The position numbers were made by a program, and so were the translations under genes. Below, one piece after another: positions 1-10,454 of a DNA stretch of 64,000 nt. Source of the DNA: a virus (lineage: Duplodnaviria > Caudoviricetes); IMG/VR virus record IMGVR_UViG_3300032303_001800, positions 1 to 64,000 of that record; one strand, 5' to 3'. How positions within the stretch are numbered: the stretch's first letter is position 1; each line of letters opens with the position of its first letter. The notes below the pieces were generated by a model, which ran no database searches, was not told where the DNA came from, and saw only the letters and a list, made by a program, of their open reading frames with translations.

Positions 1-139
1 TCTGGGCCATTGCGCGCTGATACATTTTCTCATCAGAAAAACTTCACGAATACCGCAGCAGGTTGAGTCAGGCGCACCCATGCACGATAGACCGACCGTC
101 TGGGGTTAGAAAATAGTTCTAAACCAATCGGCTTGCGCG

Positions 140-331
140 CTAGTCACGCTCACCTCGGATTTCCAACACCGCATTATAAACGATACCGCGCACTTCTTCC
201 TCTACGGCATCCCAATCTAACTCTCGGCAAGCCTTCTCGATTTCCGACTCGGTGATTTCTTCGATGTTATCGTACTCGGCAAAGACTTGTAGGTCTTTTG
301 CCCCGACAATGAACTTAATGGCCATCGGCAC
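140..331 (-). CDS. Small acidic hypothetical protein
   Basis: 63-aa ORF co-oriented with neighbours; no motif recognised. Confidence 0.6.
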   Translation of the reverse strand: MPMAIKFIVGAKDLQVFAEYDNIEEITESEIEKACRELDWDAVEEEVRGIVYNAVLEIRGERD

Positions 332-532
332 GATTTTACTCCTTGTTTAAGTTTTGTAGTGCTGTCAAAAGGGTGCTGTAAATCTCGGCATCTACTTCTG
401 CGATTGACATCATCGCCTCATGTCCGTACTTTTCGTAAGTCTCGGCGTCATAGACCCCCTCAGATGGGTCGCTGTCGGCATACCAATGACCGGTCTCTGA
501 GTTGTAAATAACCGCGAACTGATGGAGTGGCA

Positions 533-877
533 TTAGAACGCCTCGTCGCATTTGTCGCAGATACCGGCTAGAAAGTCCTCGCCATCCATCCGCGTAATGG
601 GGTGGTAGTTGTCCGGCACTACTTCGCCCATACAACCGGCGCAAAGCATTGTCGGTACTTTCCCACAACCGTAGGTACAATAACCATCATCCTGACAATC
701 ATAACTAAAGTATCCTACCACCTCGCCGTTTAGCCACTCGTTTATTACATCGTAGGCCGTTTCGGGGTCATCCATCAGCAGATTAGAAAGTTCTTCAGGG
801 AGTTTCGTGAAATCGAACATAAGCAGTCCGTTCGCGTCACCCCAACTACCATCGCTGGCTAGAAAAGTTTTCGACAT
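533..877 (-). CDS. Hypothetical protein with Cys-rich C-terminus
   Basis: 114 aa, GGAGAA RBS; CxxC pairs (CAGC, CDKC) near C-terminus. Confidence 0.7.
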   Translation of the reverse strand: MSKTFLASDGSWGDANGLLMFDFTKLPEELSNLLMDDPETAYDVINEWLNGEVVGYFSYDCQDDGYCTYGCGKVPTMLCAGCMGEVVPDNYHPITRMDGEDFLAGICDKCDEAF

Positions 878-879
878 TG

Positions 880-1086
880 TTATTCTCCTTGTTCTTTCTT
901 ACCGGTCACATGGTAGCCCTTTTCGATGACAAACACATCGTCATACCAACCGTCAATCCAATCGGGGCTGTTTTCGTCAGGTTCGGGCATGGTCTCGTAA
1001 AGAAACGCCCAACCTTCCTCAAAACTGTCAAACTCCTTAGCATCGAACATAATGTTGTCTGCCCAATCTCTAATCAGATACTTCAT
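880..1086 (-). CDS. Small acidic hypothetical protein
   Basis: 68 aa, D/E-rich, stop/start coupled with neighbours. Confidence 0.7.
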   Translation of the reverse strand: MKYLIRDWADNIMFDAKEFDSFEEGWAFLYETMPEPDENSPDWIDGWYDDVFVIEKGYHVTGKKEQGE

Positions 1087-1337
1087 TATTCACTCGCTTT
1101 CGTTAAATCGGTGTTTAGGTTATTCTGTTGCCAAAAGTCGAAGGTCAAACCGTTCAGATACTCCTGAAAGTAGTAGGCGTGTATTCCGTCATCGCAAAAG
1201 GTGATGCTCGCTGGCTTGTAGTCAGCGTGGGTGTTATCGGGCTCGATAAGTCCGATAGTGATAGTCACCTTGTTCTCGTTGGCATCGTCATCCCAAACCT
1301 CGGTGACGGTGATTTCGTACTTCGTTGTTGTTTCCAT
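1086..1337 (-). CDS. Hypothetical protein
   Basis: 83 aa, GAAGGT RBS, coupled to the 880..1086 gene. Confidence 0.7.
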   Translation of the reverse strand: METTTKYEITVTEVWDDDANENKVTITIGLIEPDNTHADYKPASITFCDDGIHAYYFQEYLNGLTFDFWQQNNLNTDLTKASE

Positions 1338-1509
1338 TACATACCTTCTTTCTCAAAGAAATCGCGGGCTTCTTCTAACCCATCGTAAATCATTTCGTAC
1401 TCATCTTCGGTAAAAGCGTCACTAAGTCCGGACTGCTCAATGTCTTGTATCAAACAATGGATAGAGTTCAGCCGGTCGGCAAGTGTAACCATTTTGTACT
1501 TCGCTTCCA

Positions 1510-1755
1510 TTATTCCCCCTCGGTGTAAAACTCTAGGTCAATGCTGTCAGCCATCAAAATCCTAGTTTCGTCGTTTTTGTAATAAAGCAAAGCGGTGTGT
1601 CCGTAGTCATCCGTAAAGTGCGCTTCCACATTAGCGAAATCCTCGGCACACAAAGGCTCATAAGTGTCGCCTTCTTCGACCTCGCTTGTATCAAGCGCAT
1701 AAATAGTATCGAACCCTACATCACTACGCAACCGCACTTTTATTTTCGTTTCCAT
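1510..1755 (-). CDS. Acidic hypothetical protein
   Basis: Start refined to METKIK after GAGGAA RBS. Confidence 0.65.
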   Translation of the reverse strand: METKIKVRLRSDVGFDTIYALDTSEVEEGDTYEPLCAEDFANVEAHFTDDYGHTALLYYKNDETRILMADSIDLEFYTEGE

Positions 1756-1756
1756 T

Positions 1757-2068
1757 TTATTCCTCGCTTTCGTCGGCAAACTGTGGAATCAAATCGCAAA
1801 ATCCCTCGTTAGGGTTTTCCTTGACGGTTCTAACGGAGTTAATAAAGCGCAGACTACAACTGTTCTCGTACCACTCCTGAAGGGTGGTAAGAATCTTGTC
1901 TTGATTGCTCGCATTAACCGGCAAAATGGGGTCATAACCGTAGTCGGTCATTGTTGCGACTTGCTCATCATCCATTAACACATAAATCTTGTGGCACTCA
2001 TCCCAAGTCACAGCCTTAGCGTCGCACAAAGCGTATTCTACGCTCTCCCAAGTTTCTTCCATTGTCAT
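1757..2068 (-). CDS. Hypothetical phage protein
   Basis: Start refined to MTMEETW after GAAGGTAG RBS; TTGACA-17-TATCGT promoter-like sequence upstream. Confidence 0.7.
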   Translation of the reverse strand: MTMEETWESVEYALCDAKAVTWDECHKIYVLMDDEQVATMTDYGYDPILPVNASNQDKILTTLQEWYENSCSLRFINSVRTVKENPNEGFCDLIPQFADESEE

Positions 2069-2684
2069 TTTACTACCTTCTTTCATCTAGGTACTATGAC
2101 GATACACACTCTATCGGGTCATGTCAAGTCATACCTTCCGATTTTTTTTCGGGGGGGGCAAAAGTACCTTCTAGGTCATAGCACTCGACAGGATAGCCCT
2201 AAGTCAAGGCACTAGGATACACCCCTCATAGCCCCATACGAGTCATCAACATAGTAACCATAGAGAGAGAGGATACTAAGGATAGAAAGCATTAGATAGG
2301 TATCTAAAGGGGTATGGAGAGATGCCATACTCGATGCGGTAGCACAATGGCAGTCAGATGTCAAATACATTGTTATTGGATAATGAGTTAAAAGCAGTTG
2401 TGAAGTCATCGTAAAGTCACGCTACCACGCCCTCGTCTGCCTCGCGTACGCGCACGATGCACCACCAATGCACCATTATTCTATTCTATTTTCATCGAAT
2501 ACATTGTTTCATCAGAAAGTTTCCACGAAAAATGGGCGGTTTCCCCGCAAGCGTAACGAAAAAGAAAAGTTTGCGCGATGACCCCCTAAATAGCGGCAAA
2601 TCGCGCAAGTGCGCGATGCTCCAAAACAAGCCAAAAGAAAAGCCCCCACCAGCCAAAGCCGATAGGGGCAAATCTAGGGGATGC

Positions 2685-2978
2685 TTACTTATTGCCTCTG
2701 ATGAGGTGACTGATTGCTGTACCGCCCTTACCTGTCATTACTTGCTTGATAGGCTTAGAGGTGATGTAGCGGAAACCTTCGAGAGCATCTAGGGCGTGAG
2801 TCTTTTTTAACGCCCATTGACGGATGCCCTTGATGTCCCCATCTTCCTTCATCGTTTCGTACTCCGCCTGTTCTTCGGGTGTCATCGTATCAACATCGAA
2901 AAGCACCATACCAAACGCTTCTCCGGTGTTCCCATTGTTGTCAATGTAGAACATACGATTATTAACTACTGTTGCCAT
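2685..2978 (-). CDS. Hypothetical protein
   Basis: 97 aa, GGAAT RBS, CGCG palindrome upstream at 3048. Confidence 0.65.
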   Translation of the reverse strand: MATVVNNRMFYIDNNGNTGEAFGMVLFDVDTMTPEEQAEYETMKEDGDIKGIRQWALKKTHALDALEGFRYITSKPIKQVMTGKGGTAISHLIRGNK

Positions 2979-3268
2979 TGTTATTCCTATCTATGTGTTG
3001 TAAATCCTTACCCCAGAACCCTACCAGACCGAAATGAAATCTGTCAAATCGCGCTTGCGCGATACAAAAGTTCATCAGAAAGTTCCCACGAAAACTTCGG
3101 AACTCCGTAGCACACCTGTTTAACTTTGTCAATCATCGCGTATGCGCGATGACGCTATGCGCGATGCTGGGGGGAGAGGTAGCGGGAAACCCACTCACCA
3201 TCCCTTTCGGGGATGATGAGTGGGCGGGCAGAAAGGTGATGCCACTTATTTCCCTGACCTTTTCCCCT

Positions 3269-4672
3269 TTACCGCCTACCGCGTTTGCGGATGGCTTCGA
3301 CCTCACGCCCTACCCTGCCGTAGTAACGCTTATTAACGCTTGCCTTAGCGGGCTGTTTTAGGGCTTCGATAGCCCTTTCGGTGTCCGGCACTTGGATAAT
3401 GCCGTTTCGCCAAAGCATCTTGGCTACGATTTCCGTCAAATCATCGCTACCCCTATCGGTGGAGCCGGTGACTTGTCCATCGCAGACCCAAACAATAGGC
3501 TCGTTGCCCTTCTTGATAGAGATGGCAAAGTCTAGGGCGGGAGCATCTACACCGTTGCCAACATTGGATAGGTTCGCTAGGGCTTCGGGGGCTACCCGCT
3601 TACCATCCCTGACCAACATGAAAGCGTTAGGCTTGTTGGTCTTGTCGTGCGGGAGATGCGAGTAGGCAAAGACGGTGGCATTAGGCGCGTGGTCTAGGAT
3701 GCGGTCTAAGTCATCGCTATCCAAACTCATTGAGCCTGAAATGTCAATCACCACGATACCGCCCTTAGCCTTGCGCTTGATGGCAAAGATGCGCCTTTCG
3801 CTATCGGTGATTAGGCGGGATGGATACCGCACCGCACCGCCACTATTTATCGCCCGCTTCTTGGCATGGATGTTGCCCTTGCTACGGATGCTAAGGGGTA
3901 GGTCTGTTTTCCAAATCAGGGGAGCGAACACATCTGCCCCGCTACCCACTTCGTAGCGAACCCCGCCCTTGCCGTAGAACTCGCCTACCGGCATCTGCGC
4001 TTCGCCTAGTAGGTGCTTTTCTACCTCTTTAGCCAACGCTCCGGTGTGAGCCACAAAACCGTAGGGGGCTTCGATACCGTCATCGCTTAACTCATAAATC
4101 TCACCGTTGGCGAGAGTATCGGCATCGTGCCATTTCCACGACTTTTTCATTTTCGCCTGAATAGCCCGCACTTCGGTTGCCCACTCCGGTTGCCCGCCCG
4201 CCTTAAGCCCTGATGCGAACTTGGCGAACGCCTTAGTACCGGCTAGGGATGCTCCGGTAAGGATGGCTTCATCGTGAGCCTTGCGAGTACCGCGTTCTGC
4301 TAAGTCCTCGCCCGCTTGCTTTTCGTAGCCGGTAACGATTTCGGTAGTGTCAAAACCGCGACCCGATGAAACGCGGTTAAGACGGTACTGCTCTACCGCC
4401 ATTAGGGTCTTTTCCCCTACCCCGCGCTTATCTGCCACAGCCGTAATCGCTTCACTACTAAGGGGCGAGATGTTGGCTCGCACCATCTCACGCCCGCGTA
4501 GTACCCGCGCCGTTTCACCATTAGCGGGTGTGCTAACGGTGCGATTGGCAAAGTTGGTACTGCCTTCGCCATCGCTAACTTTCCAGCCCGCTATTGGCTC
4601 GTAAGTCTGAACATCCCGCCGAACCGCTAAAGCGATTTCGGGGTATGCCACTACTGTCTCTTGCTTTTCCAT
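3269..4672 (-). CDS. VWA (von Willebrand A) domain protein, CobT-like partner of a MoxR ATPase
   Basis: MIDAS-like VVIDISGSMS and VWVCDG motifs in the C-terminal third; adjacent to AAA+ gene; start refined to MEKQET. Confidence 0.85.
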   Translation of the reverse strand: MEKQETVVAYPEIALAVRRDVQTYEPIAGWKVSDGEGSTNFANRTVSTPANGETARVLRGREMVRANISPLSSEAITAVADKRGVGEKTLMAVEQYRLNRVSSGRGFDTTEIVTGYEKQAGEDLAERGTRKAHDEAILTGASLAGTKAFAKFASGLKAGGQPEWATEVRAIQAKMKKSWKWHDADTLANGEIYELSDDGIEAPYGFVAHTGALAKEVEKHLLGEAQMPVGEFYGKGGVRYEVGSGADVFAPLIWKTDLPLSIRSKGNIHAKKRAINSGGAVRYPSRLITDSERRIFAIKRKAKGGIVVIDISGSMSLDSDDLDRILDHAPNATVFAYSHLPHDKTNKPNAFMLVRDGKRVAPEALANLSNVGNGVDAPALDFAISIKKGNEPIVWVCDGQVTGSTDRGSDDLTEIVAKMLWRNGIIQVPDTERAIEALKQPAKASVNKRYYGRVGREVEAIRKRGRR

Positions 4673-4849
4673 GTTCTTACCTTTCATAAGAAACTTAGTC
4701 ATTTAACTAAGTGATGAAACACTACCACATCCCACGCCCACCGATGGGAACATCGCGCGTGCGCGATACCAAAAATCTTGCGCGATGATACCATCATGGG
4801 CGAAATGAAGGGGCGAGGTCTTGCGACCCCGCCCCGACAGTTCGGGCGA

Positions 4850-5572
4850 TTAACTCGCCGATGCTCGCAAGGCATCCACGACAGCCTCACCACGATGCTC
4901 GCCAAAGGAGAGGCGTGCGGCTCGTTCGGTGTCCATCTGCGCTTCGAGAGTAGCGAAAGCGTAGAAGGCTCGGATGGATGCCCTACGGCTTGGCTCGGCG
5001 GTGATTACTGCCGATGCCACGACCCGCAAGCGTTCCGGCAAAGTCATCAGAGCGTTCGGGTGCGGGGCGTTGATTTCGAGAGCCACAGGAAAGCGGTCAC
5101 GCAAAGCCACCGGCAAATCGTCAGGATGTTCGATGTTACTAGTCATCACGACAGAGAAACCATCCAACGGCTTAATGACTTCGCCGGTAGGTAGTTCCAA
5201 AGTTGCCGATGCTTCGCTATCGGTCATCGCCAACAGAAGGGATGAAACATCGCCGGATGCCTTGTCACACTCGTCAATAACGAGGCGTGCGCCCTTAGTT
5301 CCATTACCCATCCATGCCTTCGATGCGTATCCCAAAAGGTACTCAAAGCCACCGTTAGCGTTCGGCATCCATGAGCCGGTTACATCTGCGCTCGTCATTT
5401 CTTCGGAGCAGATAAGACGGTGACTACCGGCTTCGTTGATACCCATAGTAAGACCACCATAGGTCTTTCCGGTTCCGGTTGGACCAAAAAGGATAATACG
5501 GTTAATACCCGCATTGACTACATCCTCAAAGTCCTGCCAGCATTGTGCCATAGGCAAGTTATTGTTTTCCAT
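4850..5572 (-). CDS. MoxR/CobS-like AAA+ ATPase
   Basis: Walker A GPTGTGKT, Walker B LVIDECD, MTSN sensor, ALRDRF arginine finger. Confidence 0.9.
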   Translation of the reverse strand: MENNNLPMAQCWQDFEDVVNAGINRIILFGPTGTGKTYGGLTMGINEAGSHRLICSEEMTSADVTGSWMPNANGGFEYLLGYASKAWMGNGTKGARLVIDECDKASGDVSSLLLAMTDSEASATLELPTGEVIKPLDGFSVVMTSNIEHPDDLPVALRDRFPVALEINAPHPNALMTLPERLRVVASAVITAEPSRRASIRAFYAFATLEAQMDTERAARLSFGEHRGEAVVDALRASAS

Positions 5573-5931
5573 TATTACGACTACCTTTCTAGTAGTTGGC
5601 TTCGGGAGTTTCCCTTAGCCGATGAAACAGTACCACATCTCTTAGCACTTAGCAAATCACTTCGCAAAGAACTTCGATGGGTAGAACCCTACCACATCCG
5701 AAATCAAAATCGAGGCACATCGCGCGTGCGCGATAGAAAAAAAGTTGCGCGATAAGAATGCCCTTCACAAACTTTCCAGAAATCTCCGAGAGTTTTTGCT
5801 TCTACCTCAAAGAAAAACAGAAATCAAGCATCGCGCTTGCGCGATGTACGCACGCGCGATGTTCCTGCGCGATGACGGCGGGGTAGGCAAAAAAATGGAG
5901 CGAGCCGAAGCCCGCCCCATCTTTCCAGCCA

Positions 5932-6357
5932 TTACCACCAACTATCGTAATAGACTTCGTAATCACCGGACATCGCCTTGCGAGCCTCGGCAATAAACTT
6001 GAGGTCATCTTCCCTATCTTCCGGTTGGCTCTCACCGAAGAAAAAGCCTTCAGTAGAGGGTAGTGCCTCGCCCAGCACCGCGCTCTCTAGTTCCTTGAGG
6101 TCATCCCAAGTAAGTCGGATAGGCTGACAGTTAAAGCCCTGCTCCGCATGGTAGCCCTGCGCCGATGCCTTCTGATAGAATAAATCTTCCATCCAGCCCT
6201 GAAGGTTAGGGTGCTTACGCCAATAAGAGATTTGGACATAACTCTCTGTCGTAATCGTGTCGTTCTCACCCACTTGTTCGATGCTCTCACGAACATAGGA
6301 GAAATCGGTGTTTGCCTTGTTAGGGCGTACTGCGTATGCGTATTGGTCAAGACCCAT
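5932..6357 (-). CDS. Conserved phage hypothetical protein (MGLDQY...YWRKH type)
   Basis: MGLDQYAY N-terminus, YWRKHPNLQGWM, GFFFG and YYDSWW end resemble a recurrent phage family; start refined. Confidence 0.75.
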   Translation of the reverse strand: MGLDQYAYAVRPNKANTDFSYVRESIEQVGENDTITTESYVQISYWRKHPNLQGWMEDLFYQKASAQGYHAEQGFNCQPIRLTWDDLKELESAVLGEALPSTEGFFFGESQPEDREDDLKFIAEARKAMSGDYEVYYDSWW

Positions 6358-6468
6358 ACTTTCCTTTCGTCTAGGGAGTTTCCCTATCAACATCCATCTT
6401 ACCAGCCAAACCCCAAATCGGTCAAATCGCGCGTGCGCGATGCCTAAAACCTTGCGCGATACTGCCCC

Positions 6469-6684
6469 CTACTCCTCGATTTCGGTGTAGTTGCTCTGAA
6501 TACTGCGAGCCAGCAAGCGAACTTGGCTGATGGTGTATCTTTCTTGGTCATCACTAAGGTACTCAAACACCTCTGTAATCTCCTGCGCTGGTTCGCTGGT
6601 GGCTCTGCTGTAAGCATTGAGAGCGTGTTGGATAATAGTTAGTTCTTGGCTGGTTAGTTCTACTTTGTATCTCCACATAGTCAT
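6469..6684 (-). CDS. Hypothetical protein
   Basis: 71-aa ORF inside a repeat-bounded cassette. Confidence 0.6.
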   Translation of the reverse strand: MTMWRYKVELTSQELTIIQHALNAYSRATSEPAQEITEVFEYLSDDQERYTISQVRLLARSIQSNYTEIEE

Positions 6685-6784
6685 ACTCTATCTTATCTCA
6701 GCCCGCCGAAAAGAGCATCGCGCGTGCGCGATGTCTTGACAGGGGGCAAAGAAATGGGGGCGAGCCGTAGCCCGCCCCCAAGTC

Positions 6785-7045
6785 TTAGTAGTTGGTCTTA
6801 GCCAACTCGTAATGCTTCGCTACCGCTAGGGCTTTTCGTTGAGCAAGCACCGTCTTGCGCTGTTCGATGAGCAACAGGAACGGATAGACAAACAGATACC
6901 CGATGAGTACCGATGTCGCAACATCCCCATAGTGCCACCACTTATCCAGCGTAATGCCAAGCGTTTCCTGACCGCGAGAGACTACGCCGGTACAGAGCGT
7001 AACCGCCACACAGAGAGCCACTAGAACCTTCATGCGGAACTTCAT
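6785..7045 (-). CDS. Small membrane protein
   Basis: Two hydrophobic stretches; coupled to the 7045..7278 gene. Confidence 0.65.
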   Translation of the reverse strand: MKFRMKVLVALCVAVTLCTGVVSRGQETLGITLDKWWHYGDVATSVLIGYLFVYPFLLLIEQRKTVLAQRKALAVAKHYELAKTNY

Positions 7046-7278
7046 TATTCACCATCCTCATCATCGAAATCGTCATCCTCAAAGCGTTCGCTTTCGAGAG
7101 CGACATCAAACCACTCCATAACGGTACGGAGCAGAGCATCGTAGTCTCCAGCCGTAGCCTCGGCGTGGAACTCACTCCACTCATCGTAGCGACCCGCCCG
7201 CTTCATAGCGGTAGAGCAAGCCCCAAGTATGGAGAAAGCGTTACCATCGCCCAACTCCACTTTCATTTTTTCTGACAT
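7045..7278 (-). CDS. Conserved phage hypothetical protein, acidic tail
   Basis: GNAFSILG...GDYDALL pattern; FEDDDFDDEDGE C-terminus; GAAAGGTAG RBS. Confidence 0.75.
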   Translation of the reverse strand: MSEKMKVELGDGNAFSILGACSTAMKRAGRYDEWSEFHAEATAGDYDALLRTVMEWFDVALESERFEDDDFDDEDGE

Positions 7279-7549
7279 AACTACCTTTCTTGTATGGGTG
7301 TTTCCCTTACGATGAAAACACTACCACAAAACACACCAAACTTTTGACACATCGCGCACGCGCGATAGCAAAAATCTTGCGCGATGACGGTGACACCGGC
7401 AAAGAGAAACCCCCCACCGGTCTGAAAGGGATAAGCGACCAATGGGGGGTGGGGCGGTCGGGGGAAAGAGAGTAACCCCTAACGCCACCTAGAACTTGGA
7501 AAGGTGGGGGGTGAGAAACCTAGTGGAATCCCACCCCCCGATGAAGCGA

Positions 7550-7897
7550 TTAAAACCCTTGTAAAAACTCCTGCGCCTCATCTACGGCATCCTTGATAGC
7601 GATGTCCTCAATGACATGACCGTAGTTCTCATTAAAGAAACTACTAAGCCTACGAAGGATGATTTCGAGGCTAAGCCCCTTAAACCCTACTTCTTGTGGG
7701 ATGTCCTCATGAGCGATACCCTCTACGGCATTAACCATAGCAGAGTGTATCTCCTCTAGCAACTTGACTAGGAAACCTAGTTCGCCCACCTCAAGAGTGA
7801 CATCTATCTTCTCCATAAGAGGAGCATCAACATTACCAAAGTCCTCGTTGATGAACTCAAAGAGAAATGTCTCCTTGTCGTTGTTGTTGTTATCCAT
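7550..7897 (-). CDS. Acidic hypothetical protein
   Basis: Start refined to MDNNNNDK after GAAAGG RBS; the longer ORF call reads through intergenic repeats. Confidence 0.7.
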   Translation of the reverse strand: MDNNNNDKETFLFEFINEDFGNVDAPLMEKIDVTLEVGELGFLVKLLEEIHSAMVNAVEGIAHEDIPQEVGFKGLSLEIILRRLSSFFNENYGHVIEDIAIKDAVDEAQEFLQGF

Positions 7898-8118
7898 CTC
7901 TACTGCCTTTCTTGTCGTATCCCTTACGACAACAATCACTCTACCACACATCGAACCGGAAATGTGGAACATCGCGCGTGCGCGATACAAATGCTCATCA
8001 GAAACTTTCCAGAAATCTTCGAGAAACGCAAGCGTCGCGCATGCGCGATGAAGAAAAACCTGCGCGATGTAAAGGGGAGTTGGCAAGGCGAACACTTGTT
8101 CGCCCCGCCGGTGAATCA

Positions 8119-9021
8119 CTACTCCTCTTCGCCCCACTTCTTGCTTTCGATACCTAGCACTAGGTCGCACGCTTTCTGCGCTCTGCTGGCACTCTTGACC
8201 AAGATTTTCGGGTCATTCTTGAGTACCTTTAGCCACCCTGCGATGTACGCGGTGCTGTTTTCGATAGTGCTAGGAGCGATGCCGGTTTCCGCGCATAGGA
8301 AGGTCGCTGTGAACTCCGCGACTAACTCCTCTTCGCTGTATGTCGCATCGCCAAAGTAGTGCGCTTCGACTACACCTTCGCGTGCTAGTCGGCTCTTGTG
8401 TCCGGTGCTGTGCGCTGTCTCATGGAATAGCGTTGAGTAAAACGCTTCATCGCTTGTGAAACTATCCTGCTTAGGCATCGTCACCGCATCGCTACTAGGT
8501 GAGTAGTAGGCACGCTCTCCGGCAAAGGTAAGGCTAGGCGCTCCGGTGCGGGCGTAGTAGGCATCCACGATGCTCTGCGCTCCTTCGATGATGGCAACAT
8601 CTCCGCGTACCTCTCCGCGCTCCGTTGTCGGCATCTCCTTCTCTACCCACTCCGCTTGCTCCGCGTTAAATACGCTGAAGTAACGCATTACGGCACTCTT
8701 CTTGAGTTTGCCATCCTTGTCGGTAGTCTCTAGTGGTTTCCACAACACTACCGGCGTACTCTTCTCACCCTTCTTGACCTTGCCACCCATCGCTTCTATC
8801 TGCTTGTAAGTTCCCCACCACTTGCTTGTGTATCCACCGGCTATGGTCGCAAACATTAGGAGCATCTTGTTAGTACCGTTGTATGCCTTCTTGCTACTAA
8901 GGCTAGTTGGATACACTCCCGATGTAGTCCACTCCTTACGCCACGCGGGGATGCCACCCTTCTCTAATGCTTCGATGATGCCTTGTGCCACAATCTCGTA
9001 GGGACTCTTTCTCTTTTCCAT
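8119..9021 (-). CDS. ardC: ArdC-like antirestriction ssDNA-binding protein with zincin-like domain
   Basis: N-terminal PAWRKEW...YNGTN...TYKQ...GGKVKKGEK; C-terminal HETAHSTGH, YSEEELVAE, YIAGWL. Confidence 0.92.
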   Translation of the reverse strand: MEKRKSPYEIVAQGIIEALEKGGIPAWRKEWTTSGVYPTSLSSKKAYNGTNKMLLMFATIAGGYTSKWWGTYKQIEAMGGKVKKGEKSTPVVLWKPLETTDKDGKLKKSAVMRYFSVFNAEQAEWVEKEMPTTERGEVRGDVAIIEGAQSIVDAYYARTGAPSLTFAGERAYYSPSSDAVTMPKQDSFTSDEAFYSTLFHETAHSTGHKSRLAREGVVEAHYFGDATYSEEELVAEFTATFLCAETGIAPSTIENSTAYIAGWLKVLKNDPKILVKSASRAQKACDLVLGIESKKWGEEE

Positions 9022-9192
9022 AACTACCTTTCTACCTAGTCACTCTAACTAGGTGCTTTCACCTTACACCCTAGCAGACCGGAACCGGTCGCATCGCGCG
9101 TGCGCGATAACGAAAATCTTGCGCGATGACACCGATGTACCAAAAGAAAAGCGGGGCCGACCTAAGCCGACCCCGCCTCTCGACACCTTCGA

Positions 9193-9351
9193 TTAGATGA
9201 TGTCAAACTCCTTGAGGATGTTGTCAATGTTTCTGTCCAGCAACTCGAAGAGAGCCTTCTTCGACTTCTCATCCAAATGCTCGAAGTCGTACTCGTTGAG
9301 AGCAAGTACGTACTCGTACCACACTCCGTCAATCGTTTCACCCTTTGCCAT
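9193..9351 (-). CDS. 52-aa hypothetical protein (not in ORF track)
   Basis: MAKGETIDGVWYEY...KEFDII; GAAAGGTAG RBS; own cassette. Confidence 0.6.
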   Translation of the reverse strand: MAKGETIDGVWYEYVLALNEYDFEHLDEKSKKALFELLDRNIDNILKEFDII

Positions 9352-9562
9352 TACTACCTTTCATGTTGGCAACCTACCAACTACAACCACATTAGCACAT
9401 CGAACTAACCAAAGAAACGTCGCGCATGCGCGATACAAAAGGTCATCAGAAAGTTTAGGGAAATCTTCCTGAGACACCCGTAACGTGCCACGTGCGCGAT
9501 GAAAATATCGCGCGTTAGACGCATGCGCGATACCCATGCGCGATGACGGCGGGGAATACCCC

Positions 9563-10006
9563 TTATTCCCCCCTCTCGTAGTAGGGGAAGAACTCGAAGG
9601 ATGCGCCCATCTCATCGTGGCTACTCCGCGTGACCCTGAGTGTTCTGTTCTCGAAGTCGTACTCCCAGCGCAGGATGTAGTCTCCGTTGATGCCGAGCAT
9701 GGCTACTAGTCCGTCTGCCGTATCGGTGTGGGCGCTGTCTGCTGTCTGCCGTTGCCATCCCATCCCTTCGGCGTGGATGTAGTAGTAGTCGGTGTCGGTG
9801 AAGTCATCCATCCATCCCTGAACGGTTGTCACGAAGTCGTTGCGGGCGTAGTCCCAGCAGTCTCCATAACACTCCGTAGTGGGCGTAACCGTTACTCCGC
9901 AGGTGTCGCACCTACCGCCGTTCGGTTCGCTGTCGTATCCGACACTACACTCCTCGCACCAATAGCAGGTACAAGTGTTAGTGAGTGTTCCTTTAATCGT
10001 TGCCAT
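9563..10006 (-). CDS. Hypothetical protein with N-terminal Cys cluster
   Basis: CTC, WCEEC, CDTC; GAAAGGAA RBS. Confidence 0.72.
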   Translation of the reverse strand: MATIKGTLTNTCTCYWCEECSVGYDSEPNGGRCDTCGVTVTPTTECYGDCWDYARNDFVTTVQGWMDDFTDTDYYYIHAEGMGWQRQTADSAHTDTADGLVAMLGINGDYILRWEYDFENRTLRVTRSSHDEMGASFEFFPYYERGE

Positions 10007-10163
10007 TGTATTTCCTTTCGTTGGTTGTTACTACAAGTTCCACTCTACACGCTGAGAACTAAAATCGGGGACATCGCGCGTGCGCGATAGCCCCAATCCT
10101 TGCGCGATGCTAGGGGGGGGATACCCCGCGGGGCGAACACTTGTTCGCCCCGCGAGGGTCGGC

Positions 10164-10454
10164 CTAACTCAACTCTTCCAACTCGCTCATCACCGCACGA
10201 ATGTCGGTGGTGATGCTGTCAAGGTCGCTGATGTTGTCGATGTCGCTCTGTGCGCTGTCAAGGTAATCCTTGGCGTGCTCGATGTTTCGCACCGCATCGG
10301 CCAACTCGCTCTGCGCCCCGCTGACATCATCCTCAAGGGATGAGAGGGAGTTCATAATCCCGCCCAATGTTTCACGTGGAACAATCACCACATCCTCACC
10401 CAACAATGCGGGCAACAACTCCAACAACTTCTGTACCGCTTCATCCTTAGTCAT
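10164..10454 (-). CDS. Acidic coiled-coil protein containing an internal parS site
   Basis: Heptad-rich 96 aa; the VPRET peptide is encoded by the parS palindrome. Confidence 0.7.
   Translation of the reverse strand: MTKDEAVQKLLELLPALLGEDVVIVPRETLGGIMNSLSSLEDDVSGAQSELADAVRNIEHAKDYLDSAQSDIDNISDLDSITTDIRAVMSELEELS
10368..10383. promoter_or_regulatory. parS: parS site (ParB binding)
   Basis: TGTTTCACGTGGAACA; matches bacterial parS consensus TGTTNCACGTGAAACA when read on the minus strand. Confidence 0.8.

Noticed and set aside
7898-8170. N-terminal extension of the 7550..8170 ORF and similar RACA/ARAR-containing ORFs
   Set aside because: These peptides are translations of the intergenic CGCG repeats; true starts follow the GAAAGG RBS
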